A stretch of DNA of 64,000 nucleotides from Gnetum montanum (taxonomy: Eukaryota > Plantae > Gnetophyta), in contig MNCI01000415.1 of NCBI GenBank assembly GCA_015680685.1, forward strand, positions 506,307 through 570,306, read 5' to 3'. The translations under genes were made by a program, and so were the position numbers. Shown here in pieces: positions 24,290 through 39,000 of the stretch. The first letter of the stretch is position 1; each line of letters opens with the position of its first letter. A model generated the notes under the pieces. The model did no database searches. It saw only the letters and a list, made by a program, of their open reading frames with translations, and had not been told where the DNA came from.

Positions 24290-26324
24290 GATGCATCCTA
24301 TGATGTGTTGACACTATCCTATTCTTTACCTATAGCAATGTCTATACCCATTGCATGCATGGCATCTTTTAGTCATTATGTAGGTAGACTCTTACAGTTT
24401 TCTTTTGTGAAAGTTAGAATATTTTTCTCCTTGAATGCCCATGGATTAAGCAAGTTGTACAAAGTTTTATTCAAGTGTGCTATGTGCCTAGATACATGTG
24501 CATGATGATAATAGAATTGAGATTTGTTTCTTTCATTGCAGTACTTGAATTAGCACTATGATTCTTTTTTGCACTTTATTCTTAATATTTATTTACTCTC
24601 CCATGCTCTTAGTTAAGTATTCTATTATTCAACACTTAAACATATATGCATGAGCATGACCACTTTGAGCATAGCGTACTAGCATTTGGTAATCCTAGTA
24701 ATGAATGCTTGGTATACTGAGTAGTGAACACTTGGCAACCTAGCAACATTAGTACATGGTCAAGATGTGTATAGAAAGTAGAAAGCATATGCTCTATGCT
24801 AAGCTTGTTTACATTATTTCTTTGCACTTAGATTAATTAGTTTAATATTTTAAATATTATTATTATAATAAACAACCATCATGTGTCACAATCATGATTA
24901 ACCAAACTAAGTAAACCAACACAAGTGTGATTGGAAACATAATGATCAGCATTCCATTACCTAGTTATCAAAGTTATCCATCTAGTTCTAAGTCCACAGA
25001 ATTAAACCAAATCATGCATGAACGCTTATGATTCATATGATTAGGTGTAGGGTTACTTTGTCACTCATTATTAGGTACCATTTCTAGGGACTTTGGTGCT
25101 AGAGTTTTAGATAACTAAGATCATTTAAGGATCATTGTTAGAGTTTAACATGATTTATCTATTGCTCAAAAATAATAATATTTTATTCTTAGGCACACTT
25201 GCAAATTAACAATACCTTCTTCTCATAGGGTAGATTCCCCACTTACGGATGATGGAACTAAAGAGCATGATAGAAAAACAAGGAGTAACAACGATGTTTC
25301 ACAGTAAGTAAAGATAGTCTATAAACATCTAAATCCTTGCCATTTATAATTTACCTTTAAACTTCACCAAGACGAATAGATGCAATGAAGAGACCTATAG
25401 GGTAATATGGTATTGTCACCCAATTGATCAGTGTCATCAATGCTCATTGTAATCTTGAAATATAAAATAGTTGATGAGATCTCCAAGGACTACAAATCCA
25501 CGGAGTCCTAATTGCACAAGGATTGATTCAAGAAGGCTCGCAATGAGACTTCCAAAGGAAAGGGAGCTCCCATCCATCTAACATTGGAATCCAAGAAGGA
25601 GAATACCGGTTACCAATTAGGAAGATCTTAATGCCAAGGTCCTCCACCCCTTAGTAGATATGACTTGAGCCATTTATGCTTATGTTTAGTCTTAGCAAGC
25701 AACTAAGGTAAGAAAAGGATAGGGTCCAGAATAAGGGAAACCTTAAGGCTAAGGTCCTTAGTAGTTAGGTAAGAGAACACCATAAGGGCTATAGGAGGAG
25801 AACAAGCTAGTAAAACTTTCCTAGTTCTTCACCTTCATCATCTTCATCATCATCATCAAGCTCTATCAAGAGTGAACATGACCAAGATAGAAGGGGAAAT
25901 GATCATAGACAAGGTGAAAATGATAGATGGAAACAACACATGAATAATAGAAGGGAACATAGATGTAAACGGGGAGATGAGCACCATCATGACGAAAGGT
26001 AAAGTAGATAGCATCAAAAAAGACATGATCATGATAGGCACTATGAGAATTGGGATTATTGTGATGAGCCATTAATTGCCATAAGAAGCATGATCAATAT
26101 TTAGGAGGTTGTTTACATTCCTACTAGATATCAAAGAAATAGTAAGATCAAAAGATTAGACATGAAAAATATCTCAAAGTTTAAGGAAGGCTATAATGCA
26201 TATCTACAACATTACTTACTAGCCTTCTTTGATTCTTGTATCTTGCAAAATATTGAAAATGATTAGCAAAAAATGAAATTTTTTTCAAGAATGCTCATTA
26301 AAAAAGGTTGAAAGTTGGTACTCG
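24290..26324 (+). mobile_element. Older truncated copy C of the Athila-like family (LTR, decayed PBS, gag N-terminus)
   Basis: LTR end gtgtagggttactttgtcactcatta at ~25070 matches the A/B LTR end; PBS relic taggtaccatttctaggga; gag relic ISKFKEGYNAYLQHYLLAFFDSCILQNIEND...VESWY at ~26170-26321. 5' boundary approximate. Confidence 0.75.
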
Positions 26325-29300
26325 TGAAACACCACGAAAAAATTCATGCTGCAACCCATGTCCAAAATCATTGTAATCTCATGAAAAATAATGGTAGATA
26401 CAATGGCCTTATTTTCCTAATGCTTGGCATTGTAACCTTCACCATTAAACTTGAGGGAGGATCATATTGTAAAATGTAAGATTTGCAGTTCATAGGGTGC
26501 AATCTCATATGCTTTAACTTATGGAGGCTGAAAAATGCTTCATAAGTTATTATTGCTTCACTTTCCAAGTGAAAAAAGTTGTATTAGGCATGTATTTGGG
26601 CTTGGGAAGGTTGAAAATGCCCTGGGAATCACCAAATTTGGGGTTTTCATGGTTTTTATGCTAGTCAAAGTAGTTTATACGCTGGGATTACGTGTAGCCA
26701 ATGTATAAATTGTTGGGCTTTAATTTTCATGATAAAGCTAGGGTATTTTCATGAAGGCTAGCATACTTCTATAAAAGCCAACGTATCTTTGTGAAGCTAG
26801 TGTATTTTTTGTGGAATCCAGTGTATTTATGATGGTTTTCATGTATCAAACTTACCAAAATTAATAAATACACTAAGGTTGGTTAATGGCTTGTAGTGTC
26901 AAAATTTTACAATAATTTGTTAGCAATCATGGTAGAAATTTGCAACAACGTACCAAACCCCAAATGACCTATAAAAACCAAAGATGACCATACTCAAAAG
27001 ACTTTAGCAAAATTTGAATTCAGTTGAGCAAAGAGACTCTTAGAGTATTGCAATCAACTGAAAGTTCAACAACCACCTTACCAACATAACGTAGATCTAG
27101 TCCAAAGGAGCAAAGAGCTTTGGGAGCATACTTTGGGAGCATCCAGATCATGAAGTTGACTATAAGACACACTTTGCTGGTTTCAATCGGGCTTCAAGCA
27201 TCTTTTGTGCAGCTCTTTGTGCATTATAGGCACATAAACTTGTACTCATTTGAATGAATAAAATTTGGTAGTTCATTTGTGCATTGCAAGTTTATTTTTT
27301 GTGTTTCTTTGGCATTAGATCTACATTTTTGTTAAATTTATTTGCATTCGATTACGAATTTTAAGTTCTTGGGTGATCAGCAAGATTGTCTAGGGTGCTT
27401 TGGATCCTTTTCTTGAGGCTTATGAAATCTAAGGTTAAATTATTTTACTAGAGATCTTTGATTTCCTAGCATCAAATTTTTTTGGTGTTATAGTTTTTGA
27501 TGCTAGAAGGAGGGCTTTTGCACAAATTCTTCATCCAATCCTACCCTCTCACAAAATTTAATTTCCACTAGTTTAAACCTATGAGTTTTACCTTGGAATT
27601 TGCCAAAAAAAAACTAGCACAACCCTTTGTTTCTTACAATTTTTAAAGCCAACGTATTTATTGTAGTTTTCTTGGATGTTCTTTAAATTTCACAACTATT
27701 GCACTTTTTAAAGGTAGTGTATTTCCCAAGGAACCTGTAATTTCTACCCATTAAAATTTGCCTTTGGATTTTCCAAGGACTAGTGTATTTCTTGATCACC
27801 ACCCACTTACAACCATTGAAAATTGTCCATTGGGCTTCTCTTGCAAGCCCAACGTATTTTTCTCAAAACCAACCTACTTTTTCCTAGAAAATCCCAACAT
27901 ATCTTTTTTTCAAGAACCACCCAATGTATTTTTCCATAAGGAAAAATACTAGCCTATTTTTTTGGGAAAGTACCATCATATTTTGCATAAGAAAAATATG
28001 CATCATATATTTTTAAAGCCCAACATACTTCCTATATACCTAGCATATTTATTGTTGGAAACACTAGAGCGTATCTTTTCAAATAAACAAAAATAGCATA
28101 TTGTTTGTGAGTGTAGGTTGGGTGGAGTGAACCCAGTATAAAAACTAGGAACCTACCTTCGCCATTCTTACACACAAAATTTTTTCCAATAACTAGTTAT
28201 AGTGCAAGCCTTTGTTCTTTGCATTCAAAAGCTTGAAAAATCTAAAATTAATTAATTTTTAATTTTTACCAGTGTAGTGTATAGCACTATCATTGCCACC
28301 CACACTACACGTGCAGTTGTAGTTTGCACCATTTTCATAGCTAAATCTATTTATATGCTAGGTAGTTTTATCTGTTAGAACTAGTAATTTAAAACTCAAT
28401 TAAACATCCAGTTAATGCCTTTTTGAAAATTGATCATATTGCCCATCAACTTAGTAGACATGACTACTAATTAGGATGTAGTGAGTGTGTACGGCCCCAA
28501 GGACCTAGTTGTTGTTGACTATAGACAATCGCTCAGGTAGAAGGGCCAAAGCCCAGACTTCACAATAATAAATGAAGAATATTATAATTTCATATGCACA
28601 AAATCCAAGCTGGCCTACTCATCCCATGCATGGAATTTGAATCCAAGCTTGAGTTTGAGTTATAATCCATAGGAATGGAAAGGAGTACATCCCCTCCCCC
28701 TATGACAAAATAAAACTGATTGAAATCCAAACCTACATATTAGTCCAATTAATAGAGATGGATGAATTAAGTAAGAAAATTAACTTGGAGAGTCACCATG
28801 AGGAGCAAGATGAGTTCGAGGCCAAACAAGAACCTGACACCTTCATTAGGAGCCCTTTCCAACAATCGGCTTCCCAAACCATTGCACCTAGTTCAGCCTC
28901 TCCTGCATCTTCTATGGGGTAGGTTCATCAACCCTCTTTCCCTCATGCCTATCCTTTCATGTTTAGGTCAACGTCCATCATTACCACTCACCAGGCACAA
29001 CCCATGTCTCAATTGGCCTCACTCTTCTCATCCATGCCTTTCGCAACACAACCTTGCTTTGCATGGTCATCACCCACGGTGTTCACCATAGCTCATCCCT
29101 TCTCTGTTTCGGTGGATCCCTCAGCGAGATCCCAAGTCACTCAGGCTTCCCATGCTCCATTTTTCCTCTTTGTCCCTTAACTACCTATGCAAACTTCATT
29201 TTCACAATTCAGCCCCCCTACAAACATCATTACACAACTTCTTCCATCCTTACCATTACCCATGGTGAGGCCACAAGCCTTCCAACTTCCTCCACAACCA

Positions 29301-29900
29301 TTTATACAAAGCCCCACGATTGCTAGAGTGTCCCAAGGATTGGATCAGGCCTTCCAAATGATCCAAGATCTCATAGAAAAGCTATGCAAGCTCAAGGTTT
29401 CAACTAAATAGATAGTTAAAATAATGAACTTTTGCCAAGATGATCCCATTAGTCCAACCATCCCTCAAATCACTTTTCTGTCAACCATTCCTATCTCATA
29501 GTTTACCATATACAATGGTGAGGGTGATCCCAATGCACACCTCATCACCTTCCATTCTGAATGCTTATTACTACAAGTTTGGCCACACACCATTATGTCC
29601 ATCTTCTCTATGTCCCTTACCAAGAAAGCCTTAGATTAGTATCGTGCATTGCCTAGAGGATCTATTACCTCATTAGAGGACTTGATTCCACAATTTGTGA
29701 ACCGTTTTAAGTATAACTTGAAACCAGACACCACCTTGGATCAATTAATGAAAATCAAATAGGGGCCTCTTAAACATGTCTAGATACCACCTTGGATTGG
29801 TTGTGCAAAATTACTAAGGATCCCACTTTGGTAACCAAGGATGATCCATTAGTACTAAAATACTTCAAACTTGGTTGATTTTACCACTATCATTAGTTGC
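26325..29900 (+). mobile_element. Tat/Ogre-like Gypsy fragment D (LTR/UTR + decayed gag), truncated at the inversion junction
   Basis: Begins TGAAACACC where the C gag stops. 29440-29900 is homologous to element E gag (YNGEGDPNAHL, ALD*YRALPRGSI), with an internal deletion. Confidence 0.7.
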
Positions 29901-29904
29901 TTGT

Positions 29905-30252
29905 GGACCCATATCTTCTTCTCACGATGAGCACACCAGTGACACCAAAGAAGTGGCCAGGGATTGGGCCACACACTAGGTGCAAGAGCTAGGTTGGGGC
30001 CCACTGTAGACATAGATAGGGCCCACCTAGAAGTCCTTGCCAGCTTGCACCAACATAGTAGGTGTTGTCCATAAGGCTTGCCAGTGGTAGCACATGTGAT
30101 TGCCACTACACTTCACTCATGTGCAATGCCATGGGTATCCAATCCCAAACACCTTGAGGCACTACCTTGGATCCCATCATCGCCACTACTGTCATGAGGA
30201 TGATGACTATGGTGATGGCAAGGTTGAGGTTGAGACTGCTGCACATAGATAT
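29905..30252 (-). pseudogene. Inverted pseudogene copy of the lipase
   Basis: Matches 22610-22804 joined at ~30057 to ~23354-23505, a ~550-bp deletion removing GHSLG. ATG>ATA, CAG>TAG stop near 30107, 3' truncation, pervasive CG>TG/CA changes. Confidence 0.95.
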
Positions 30253-31487
30253 GGTTGCTGGTACTGTTGTGCTGTGGTGCTATTGTTGTCAGTAATGAGC
30301 CTTGGCTTGATGTTGGAGTAGGACACAACCATGTATGGTAATTGGTTAGCACAAACTATCACTGTCAACCCTCGTTAGTTGGTGGTGGACAAGTAAAATC
30401 ATACTAAAAAAATCAATGGTGGGTAAGAGTAATAATACATAGTAGTTGAACACCAAAGGAAAACTCACTTTACTTGCACAAAATTCATGGACTGTTTTAC
30501 ATTATTCCACATGGAAATGCATTTGATTATGTTACTAGGTGTTACTTTAAAAATAATATAAAGTTCTTTCGACAAGTATGGATCATGGATTGTTGGAGTT
30601 TTTAAGTTTTACTACTAAGGGGATGCAATTTGCTTTGCTATTTTTTAAGTTATAATTGACTTAGGGGATTACTTTGTAAACCCGAGGCTATTGTAAGGTT
30701 TATTGTTTGTTGGATTATCTTTTTTGTGGTTTTAATTCATCTTAACAATCCTACCTTTACACCATTTCCTCTTGCTCCTCCTCTACCTTTTTGTACTATT
30801 AGGTACCTTTAATAATTAATGGGCATTATCTTTGCAGCCATCTAGTTTTCACCCACTATAATCCTTTGCTTTTATTGGCATTTTAGTTTCATCTTATTAC
30901 TTATAGAATAATTAAAAAAAATTGTGATGATGAGATATTACTCAACACACAGTTCAATTCCAACAAGCATGCTAATCTAACATACTCCTTTATTCTACAA
31001 TTTAAAATTCGAACATAATATTTAGCTATAACTCCCTAAATTACTTTCCCCATTGGAAAATTCTAAATTACTCCTAAATTCTTGAATTAATTATTAAATT
31101 GATGATGTTACAACAAATAAGATATCTATTTTTATTCATTATAAAGATATATATTGTAGAAAGCATGCCTTGGTGTCCAAAGGATGCTTCTCTTCCAAAA
31201 TAAGAGGTAGCAAGAATATGAAAATTCACTTGGGTTCCATACTAACTTAACCATCATATTCCTTTTTTAGGAACTATAACACAAGTGCTATGCCTATAAT
31301 CAATAAGTAAAAAGAGAAATACAACAACTCAAGATATACCAAGAACAAAGCAAAAGGGAAAAAAATTTAATTAAAATTGTTAAGCAATATTCAGAAGCAT
31401 AGCCACAACTACAATCAGTTGCTCTATATACACACATCATCATCACAAGTTAAAGCTAATTAAAAGGTCTAAGGCGTACTATCCATA

Positions 31488-31519
<32 letters not shown>

Positions 31520-33912
31520 GATAACAAGATAAATTAAATTTATCGTGTGTTCTAATATTGCTAGAAATAGATGCAACATGTCTAACTAGCTTAGTAGATG
31601 CCTATACCAAAACCATGAGCAAATACATCCATCTCACATACAAACATGTTCAAGAGTATGAAAATGTATAGATGAATCATAGATTTACCTACCCCTTAAT
31701 CCTAGTGATCTCCAACACTCGTTGCTTCATCACTTGCATAAGAGATAGCTAGTATAAATTGAGTGGGAAACTTTTGCACTTTCCTTGCTAAATGTTTGAT
31801 AGATGCTACACTAGAGGAGAGGATGGAGGAAATAGAGCATCCTGCATTAAGAGTGAGTCCATATGTAATTTGCACTTCTTAAGCATAAGCCAAACAAAAG
31901 CATCAAACACAATCACCAATCTCATATAGCATACTTATAAGCTTAAGTCATAACTCATGTATCTCATACAAGCACACTACATGAATATCACATTATATTT
32001 AGATGTTAACACACTAACTTGTGATATAACTTTATTAAGAAAAGCATAGACCAACATGTCCAAATGGCAACTTGTGCCTCAAGGAATCAATGCATAAACC
32101 TCAAACACTGACATGTCAAATCATGTCATAAACAATCAGGTACACAATATCAAATACACACATAATACTTGTAGCAGTTGACATATCCACTCTAAGTATA
32201 GTATGTGTAATCATTGTCACAAGTACTCATAATCATATGCTTATAGTCTTTTATTAGTCTTGTTATTATCCTAATTGATGCTAGTGCACATCAGCTTGTG
32301 ACCCAAAGCAACTAGCCTTTTAGAAGGTAGGTCATAAGCATAATCTATGACTCTCCTAAATCTCATATTATCCATAGGGATGATCATACCTACACTCTTC
32401 TACTCTCAGTATAAGACTTGAGATAAAAGTCTTAATGATGCATCATAGTAGGGATTAATTTGAAACTACCTTCAAGATGCCTCATCACCAACTGGTCCTT
32501 ATCCTAATGCTAACTCTACACATTAACTAACCATAAGCAATTAGTGCTACATGCATTGTCAAATGGTCATATATCCAACTAAACTAACTTAAGTTTCTCA
32601 TCCTCAAACTTATAACTAAGTCATGTGCATCAAACAACTTCAAATTATACGCCTTATTAAAAGACCTAACAATCACAAACACCACGTACTACATGACCTT
32701 ATAAGGCACATACTCAAAGCATACTTGACACATCTTGAAATCACTCACACAAGTCATTAATAACCATCAAACATATGTATCAAACCCTTTTTCATTCTAT
32801 TCTAATTGCTATTAGTTGAACCAAGATAAACTACAAACTTGACTACAACCATCATATCCCAATTTTCCTTTAAATTATGACCCATGGTGAGGTCACGGTT
32901 ATCACTATGAGCACCCTACAACTTACAATAAACTTAGATGTCTAAGACCATATACAATTCATATTGTCTAAGTCCCCATTGTTAGTCATGGTTTGTGGCA
33001 TTCATTATGAGTGGACCACAAGTCAGTTAACCCATTCCCCATAATAAAATCACCAAAACCTTATTGCAATCAAAATGTTACTTACAGTATAAATAAAATC
33101 CCAATCATGAACTAAACAACAATTACATCATGATTTACAGGGTGTAAAGTTCCTTGATTATGACTTATGGTGATGCAACGATGAAGTGATGGTTTTCATA
33201 GAGCAAATGTGTAGGTTTTGGGTGTTACACACATAGCAACATGCGACAAAAATACCAAGTAATGCACACCATGGTTGAGTCGACAGCAACAACATGGCTA
33301 GCAGCAACAACATCATAGTGGCAAACATGGTGGTGGTGGGCCTACTATCTAGGCTTGTGTAGCCTAGGTGGACCTAGGTAGCCTAGTTGACTCTAATTTT
33401 TTTTTTAACAAAACTTGGGGCTAGGGTTCGAACATGCAGTTCCACCCATCCACTTCTTTTAATAAACTTTTGGGGTAGGGGTTCAAACCTACAAACCCAT
33501 CCCCTCATGTTTTTTTTGAACTTATGCTTTTCTAAGACAAATTTGTTTAAATCTTAATAAATGGCATGCAACTTGAGAAATTCCATATCTCCCAAACCGT
33601 AATTCAGATTTTGATGAAAATGGTAATGTTGGAATTGTCTTAGAGAGCACTACATGTTCAGCTTAGGATAACATTGGTTTACTTAATCTATTAGTTAGAA
33701 AATAAATAAAATTAGATGTTAGTCAAAATCTCATGAATAATTAAATATATGTTTCCATATAGGTAACAACACATTTCTTGAGTCACCTATGCCTTGAACA
33801 GTTACTAGGGTTTATGATTTTCCTTATAAATTCATGAAAATGAGGACCTTTTTCCAAATTAATCCTTCTTGCGTAGCAGCTGTAGAGAGATTTTGACATA
33901 GCAAGTTGTGAA

Positions 33913-36020
33913 ATGGCTCCTCCAAAGCACCCTAGTCAAGTCTCTCTTGCTTACCCTACTCCCTCAAGTAGCTCTACATTTGTTTCTATTGATTTGTGTC
34001 AAAATAATGTAGTTGAGGCTATCGATATGGTTCATAGTTTGCTCGATGTTGTTGGTTTTGAGTATCTTAAAACTTCTAGATATCAAACTTGTTGGTTTTC
34101 CCTATTTTTAAACTATTCAAAGCAAGGATCTTGTAAGAAGCATGTGCAATGTTTATCATCTCTGGGAAAGTTATGTTTCTAGAATGGTTTTTGGAAGCCT
34201 AGTGCTTACTCTTGATCTTATATGAACTACTTTGGGATTTCATGCTATGAAGGGTCCATTTGAACCTAATATGAAATCAGCTGAGTTCAAGGATTTTTGT
34301 GAAAAGGAAATGTATGAGTATTTTTCTCATTCCACTCTTGTTTGGAAGGAATGTTATCAAGTTTCTTTTAATGATAGTATCAATTTTCAATTTTTTTAAT
34401 TTATACATAGCAAGGTCTTGTGGAATTCCTTGTCTTTCCACATTAGTTTTTATGCCATCTACCTTCTTCATGGTGCAAAAACTAGTCGAGCGTTTGATTG
34501 TTCACTTTCTTGTTTGTCTACCTTATTCCTTACCATGGAGCTTGCATAAGAGAAATCCCACAGAATCTTATACCATTTGTTGTGTACCCCTAATCATGAA
34601 CTTGGTCTTAAGTTACAATGCTACAATCAATAGTCTCAACCATTTCAATCCTAATCTACATTTGCTATTTTTTGAGGAAAAGAGAATTGTGAGCAATTGG
34701 GTTGAAGGTGCCAAAAAGGGTCAAAGAGCTCTCATAGAAGTTCATAATCTAGAGGGAACTAATATGGTATAAAATTTAATTTATCTTATTGATATTTTAT
34801 TATTTATTAATTATTTTTCCTGTTAAGGTATTTATGTGGAAGTGCACTCTATGTTGTAGATTAGACTAGGGGAAGGTACTAGGAAGACAACTGCAGGAAA
34901 TGATGATATGGCAACTATATAATTGAGTTCTAGGGTTTATACCCAATCATAACTTATTATTATTATTGTCTATTTATTTATTTTGTTCCTAATTTTTGAT
35001 TAAAAACAATGCACATAACAAGGTTTAAGTAGAAATGTTTTAAGTAAGCAAAAAGAAAAGGGAAAAGAGGTAAAGGTAACTTGATTAATAGATAGCAAAT
35101 ATATGGTTTTAGAATACTTCCGTTTTTCTTTGTTCTTATGTTATGCCACTTTTATGTAGGTGTTTTTGGGTTAAGAATACTTTATTCGGGAGTTGGTGAA
35201 GGATTCTCTATGCAAATCTAGTTTTGAACAAACTCTAATGCCACCTCTGATATCTCCTTGTGTGTCATCTCTACGTATGACTCCAGTAAAGGGCTCCTTA
35301 CCATAGGCCATGCTAGCATTCGTTGTTCCTAGATTTATTAGCATAACCTCCTTCATTACCATCTTGGGTTTACCTTTCTTCTTAGGATAGATGGTGGCTG
35401 CTGCGAAAGAATAACTTATTCTTCTTTGAAATCTTGGTCATTGGATGGCAAAGAATACTTCCTATTCTATCTATCAGGAGTTGTATCACTTGAGGAAGCC
35501 CAAGTCTTGTGATTATGAGTTGGTGCAGGCTAGTGCTACATCTGGTTTTCATGCTATCCTTGAGAGTATTCTAGAGGACAACAGGAATCTTGAACAAGCC
35601 TTAGGAGAGCTAGAGGGAACTACTTGCTTGGCTTAGTACTTGTTGAACCATGATAACATACTCCAAACAGAGAATGACTAACTTCATGTAAGTAGTTTCC
35701 TTCTCCTCTCTTTTCTTTTTCTCTATTTTTTTTGTTTTTATCATTATCTTTTTATACTTATAGTCTTGATCTTGTGTATGTAGAGGAAGGAGAAGAAATG
35801 GTAGGAAGATGTGGCATAATGGATCCTTCAAGTAAATCTATTGGAATTTGAACTTGTGAAGGTTGACGAGGTGTAGGCAGCAGCAAAAATTTCCACCATA
35901 TATATTAAGAAACTATGTGATGGTTTGATTAGATGCTGGGCTATAATCGACAAGGATGATGCTAAGGCCTAGTCCAAAGTTATCACAGATCTCCTAAATG
36001 TCTTCAAACTAGATGAGTAA
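33913..36020 (+). pseudogene. Mirror copy of the multi-exon TE accessory gene relic
   Basis: MAPPKHP start, VFKLDE* end; GT-AG intron-like segments (e.g. gtaagt near 35688 to tgtag near 35783). Confidence 0.45.
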
Positions 36021-39000
36021 TTTCCCTCTTTTCACTACTTTCCGTATCCCTATTCTTATGTATCCCATTCATATATTTTCATATCCCTTTTATATCTTAT
36101 TCATATATTAATAATAAAAATTTATTTTACATATATGTTATTTTTTATTCTATCTTTCTTCCACTCTTGACTTTTGAATTGTGGTTTGCTTTGATACCAA
36201 ATGTGACATCTCATTCTCAAATGCTGATGAAATACAATTGTTCATTGCGTTAAGTTATTACATTACTTGAAAATAACTCGATCTCTTATTCAACTTGAAA
36301 AATAATGATAAATCAATATAGATTGAATAGAAAAGAAAACAATAAAAAACTTTATTAATGAAAGGTTGGTATATTGTAACATCCTCTAGGTTATCTTCCT
36401 ATGACACTTAGGATATTAAAGACAATCAAGAACTACCACCATGGTTAGGCTATCTAGCTAAAGCGGTGATCATTTCCTTCTTATCCTGCTTCACTTGTCT
36501 CTTGTCACTTGCCAATCTTAGCTCTACAGCTCTATGCTAATAAAACTTCTAAGCCCAACCTTAAATGCCATAGGTAAAACCCATTCTTGAGGGGTGCTGT
36601 GAATAGTTGCAACTCTTCATAATAAGGCATCTTTTTTTTGAAGGCTAATTACATAATTAATAGTGCAATTCTACTCTTAACAAGGGACGGATGTTACAAA
36701 TATGGAAATGAATCCAACTAAATCATTGTACATGTCAATCATGAACTTAGAGGGAAGACATAAGGATGTTGATGGATAATAATTCCTACAAGGATTAGAG
36801 AATTATGTTTACTACAAGTATTAAGGAAATGATAATATATATTCAAGAAGAAAATTTGGTATCTTCAACTAAAGCAATACATGGTGAACACTTCCTACTC
36901 ATAACTATTGATATGAAACAAACAAATTAAGTGCTACCTTCTGAAAATATGAAATATAGAAGATTAACTTAGATGTTACTGAGCATGAGATTGTTGCATA
37001 TGTGATAAGGTTTCTACAATATAGAAGAATTATGAAAACATCATCAGTTATTCTTTATATGAAAAATCATATGACTCAAAGACAAACTTCTGTTATACAT
37101 CAGCTGAGAAATCCTTTGGTAATATCTCATAGCAACCACTGAGGGATCTCCCATGATCACTACTTTTAAAGGAGTAAAGAAGTCTAATTCATATAATAAG
37201 AGAGTAGCTAGAGTTGCCAACAAGAGAATCATGGTGGCCAAAACATAGAAAGTAATTTTTTTCATCCAAATTTTTCTATAAGCTACCAAATTAAAATTGA
37301 CTGATGCAATCAAGCTCCAACCAAGTTTAGAATTAGATTAATATGCATGAAGTAAATTGAGGAGCTTCTAGCATATAATGACATACAATCTTGTCAATGT
37401 TGTGCATGATTGCATACTCATAGGATACAAGATTTATAGTTGTAAGGTTTTCACACTGGTAAATGAATCTAATCTCCATGAGGAAGATGCTTAGTTTTAG
37501 ATTCTAGAGGTGATCTATGATAGTTTGAAATTTATATTCAAGTAAGTGAGTTATATTTATTCCCTTGTGTAATCTATTGAAATAAAGAAATGAATCTTTT
37601 ATTAAAACATTGACATCTCATATGTCATATTTCTTATTTATTTCCTATTAGTGTATCAACATTCAATGCTGTTTAGAAGTGATGTTTTTTTATAAATTTG
37701 ATGACTCTCTTTACAAGAAATGGAATGATATTTTAATATGTATCAAAATGAAATTTTGTAGTGATGTTCCATGATTTCCTTTGATAAGAAATTTATGGAA
37801 AATAATCTTAAATATTTAAGCATCACTCTATTTAATTCACTTCAAGGTCTCGAGCAACATGAAATTAAAATATTTGTTGATATGATACTTAATGGATAGA
37901 TGTATTTTAAGAATCTTAAGGGAAAAGATGAGCCACAAAATGCAGTAATCAATAGGATGGGCATAATAAAGTAGAAATGTGATCAAATGAAGCATTCACA
38001 TTTATTAAAACTTTCTCTGGTTTAATTTTTTAGTAGTATGGATTGATCTATTAATCATTGCATAGACCTTAATGTAGACAATGTTTGCAAAAAATATTGA
38101 ATTTTAATAATTTAACATCTTCTAGTTCAATTCTAACAAAATCTAATTGATTTTCACAATATATTAATTTATAATATCTTTTGTTACTATAGATATTTAA
38201 TTGATAATTATATGTTCATGAGCTTAAAAATGCTAAGTTTAAAAAGGAGAACTTAAACTTAAGTCATTCATTCAATTGATGTTTCATCAATAATTGAAGT
38301 CTCTTGATTATAAGGAGATCATGGATACAACCATCCAACTAATTGATGGTGTTTTTTCTATAGAAAAAATCAAGAGTTCGCGAATCTTACATTGCTAAAA
38401 TATAAGAAGAAACTTTCCTCCATGGAGAAATGAGTTGTTTGCTACATAGTAGGCTATGAGAATAGAATTATAAAGGATTCTTTTATATTTTTCAAAAATT
38501 TATTTGATATTGTTCAAAGGAAAAATACTATATTTTCTGGGATAGTTATTAATATTGACATAGAAACCAATCATTTATTTAAAATTTTTGTTGATGAATT
38601 TAATATATATATAATAACATTTTATTTAAATTGTAAGAGTTATCATCATAAGAGAAGGGATATGTATGTTTTGATTTACCATTTATTCACAATAAAAAAA
38701 ATAGTAAAATTATAGGAGGCATTCAAGAATGATGAGTGTGATATTAAGAAGGAAAATTAAGTTGACATTGAATCAATCAAGGACATTCTTCCTGGTTAGG
38801 AACACCTATTTCAAGCTCTTTTTCATTCCTACAAAGAGTTGATTGTAGTTTTGGAAAGCTAGAAAGACATTTTGGTGATCTAGGAGACATGTTAACCAAG
38901 AGTTGGAATGTGATAGAAGGCATTCCAAGTAATTGAGAAACTTCTTGTCTTAGCTATGGAAGTCTGTAGGAAGATGTCTATACCAAATAGGAGACATTTA

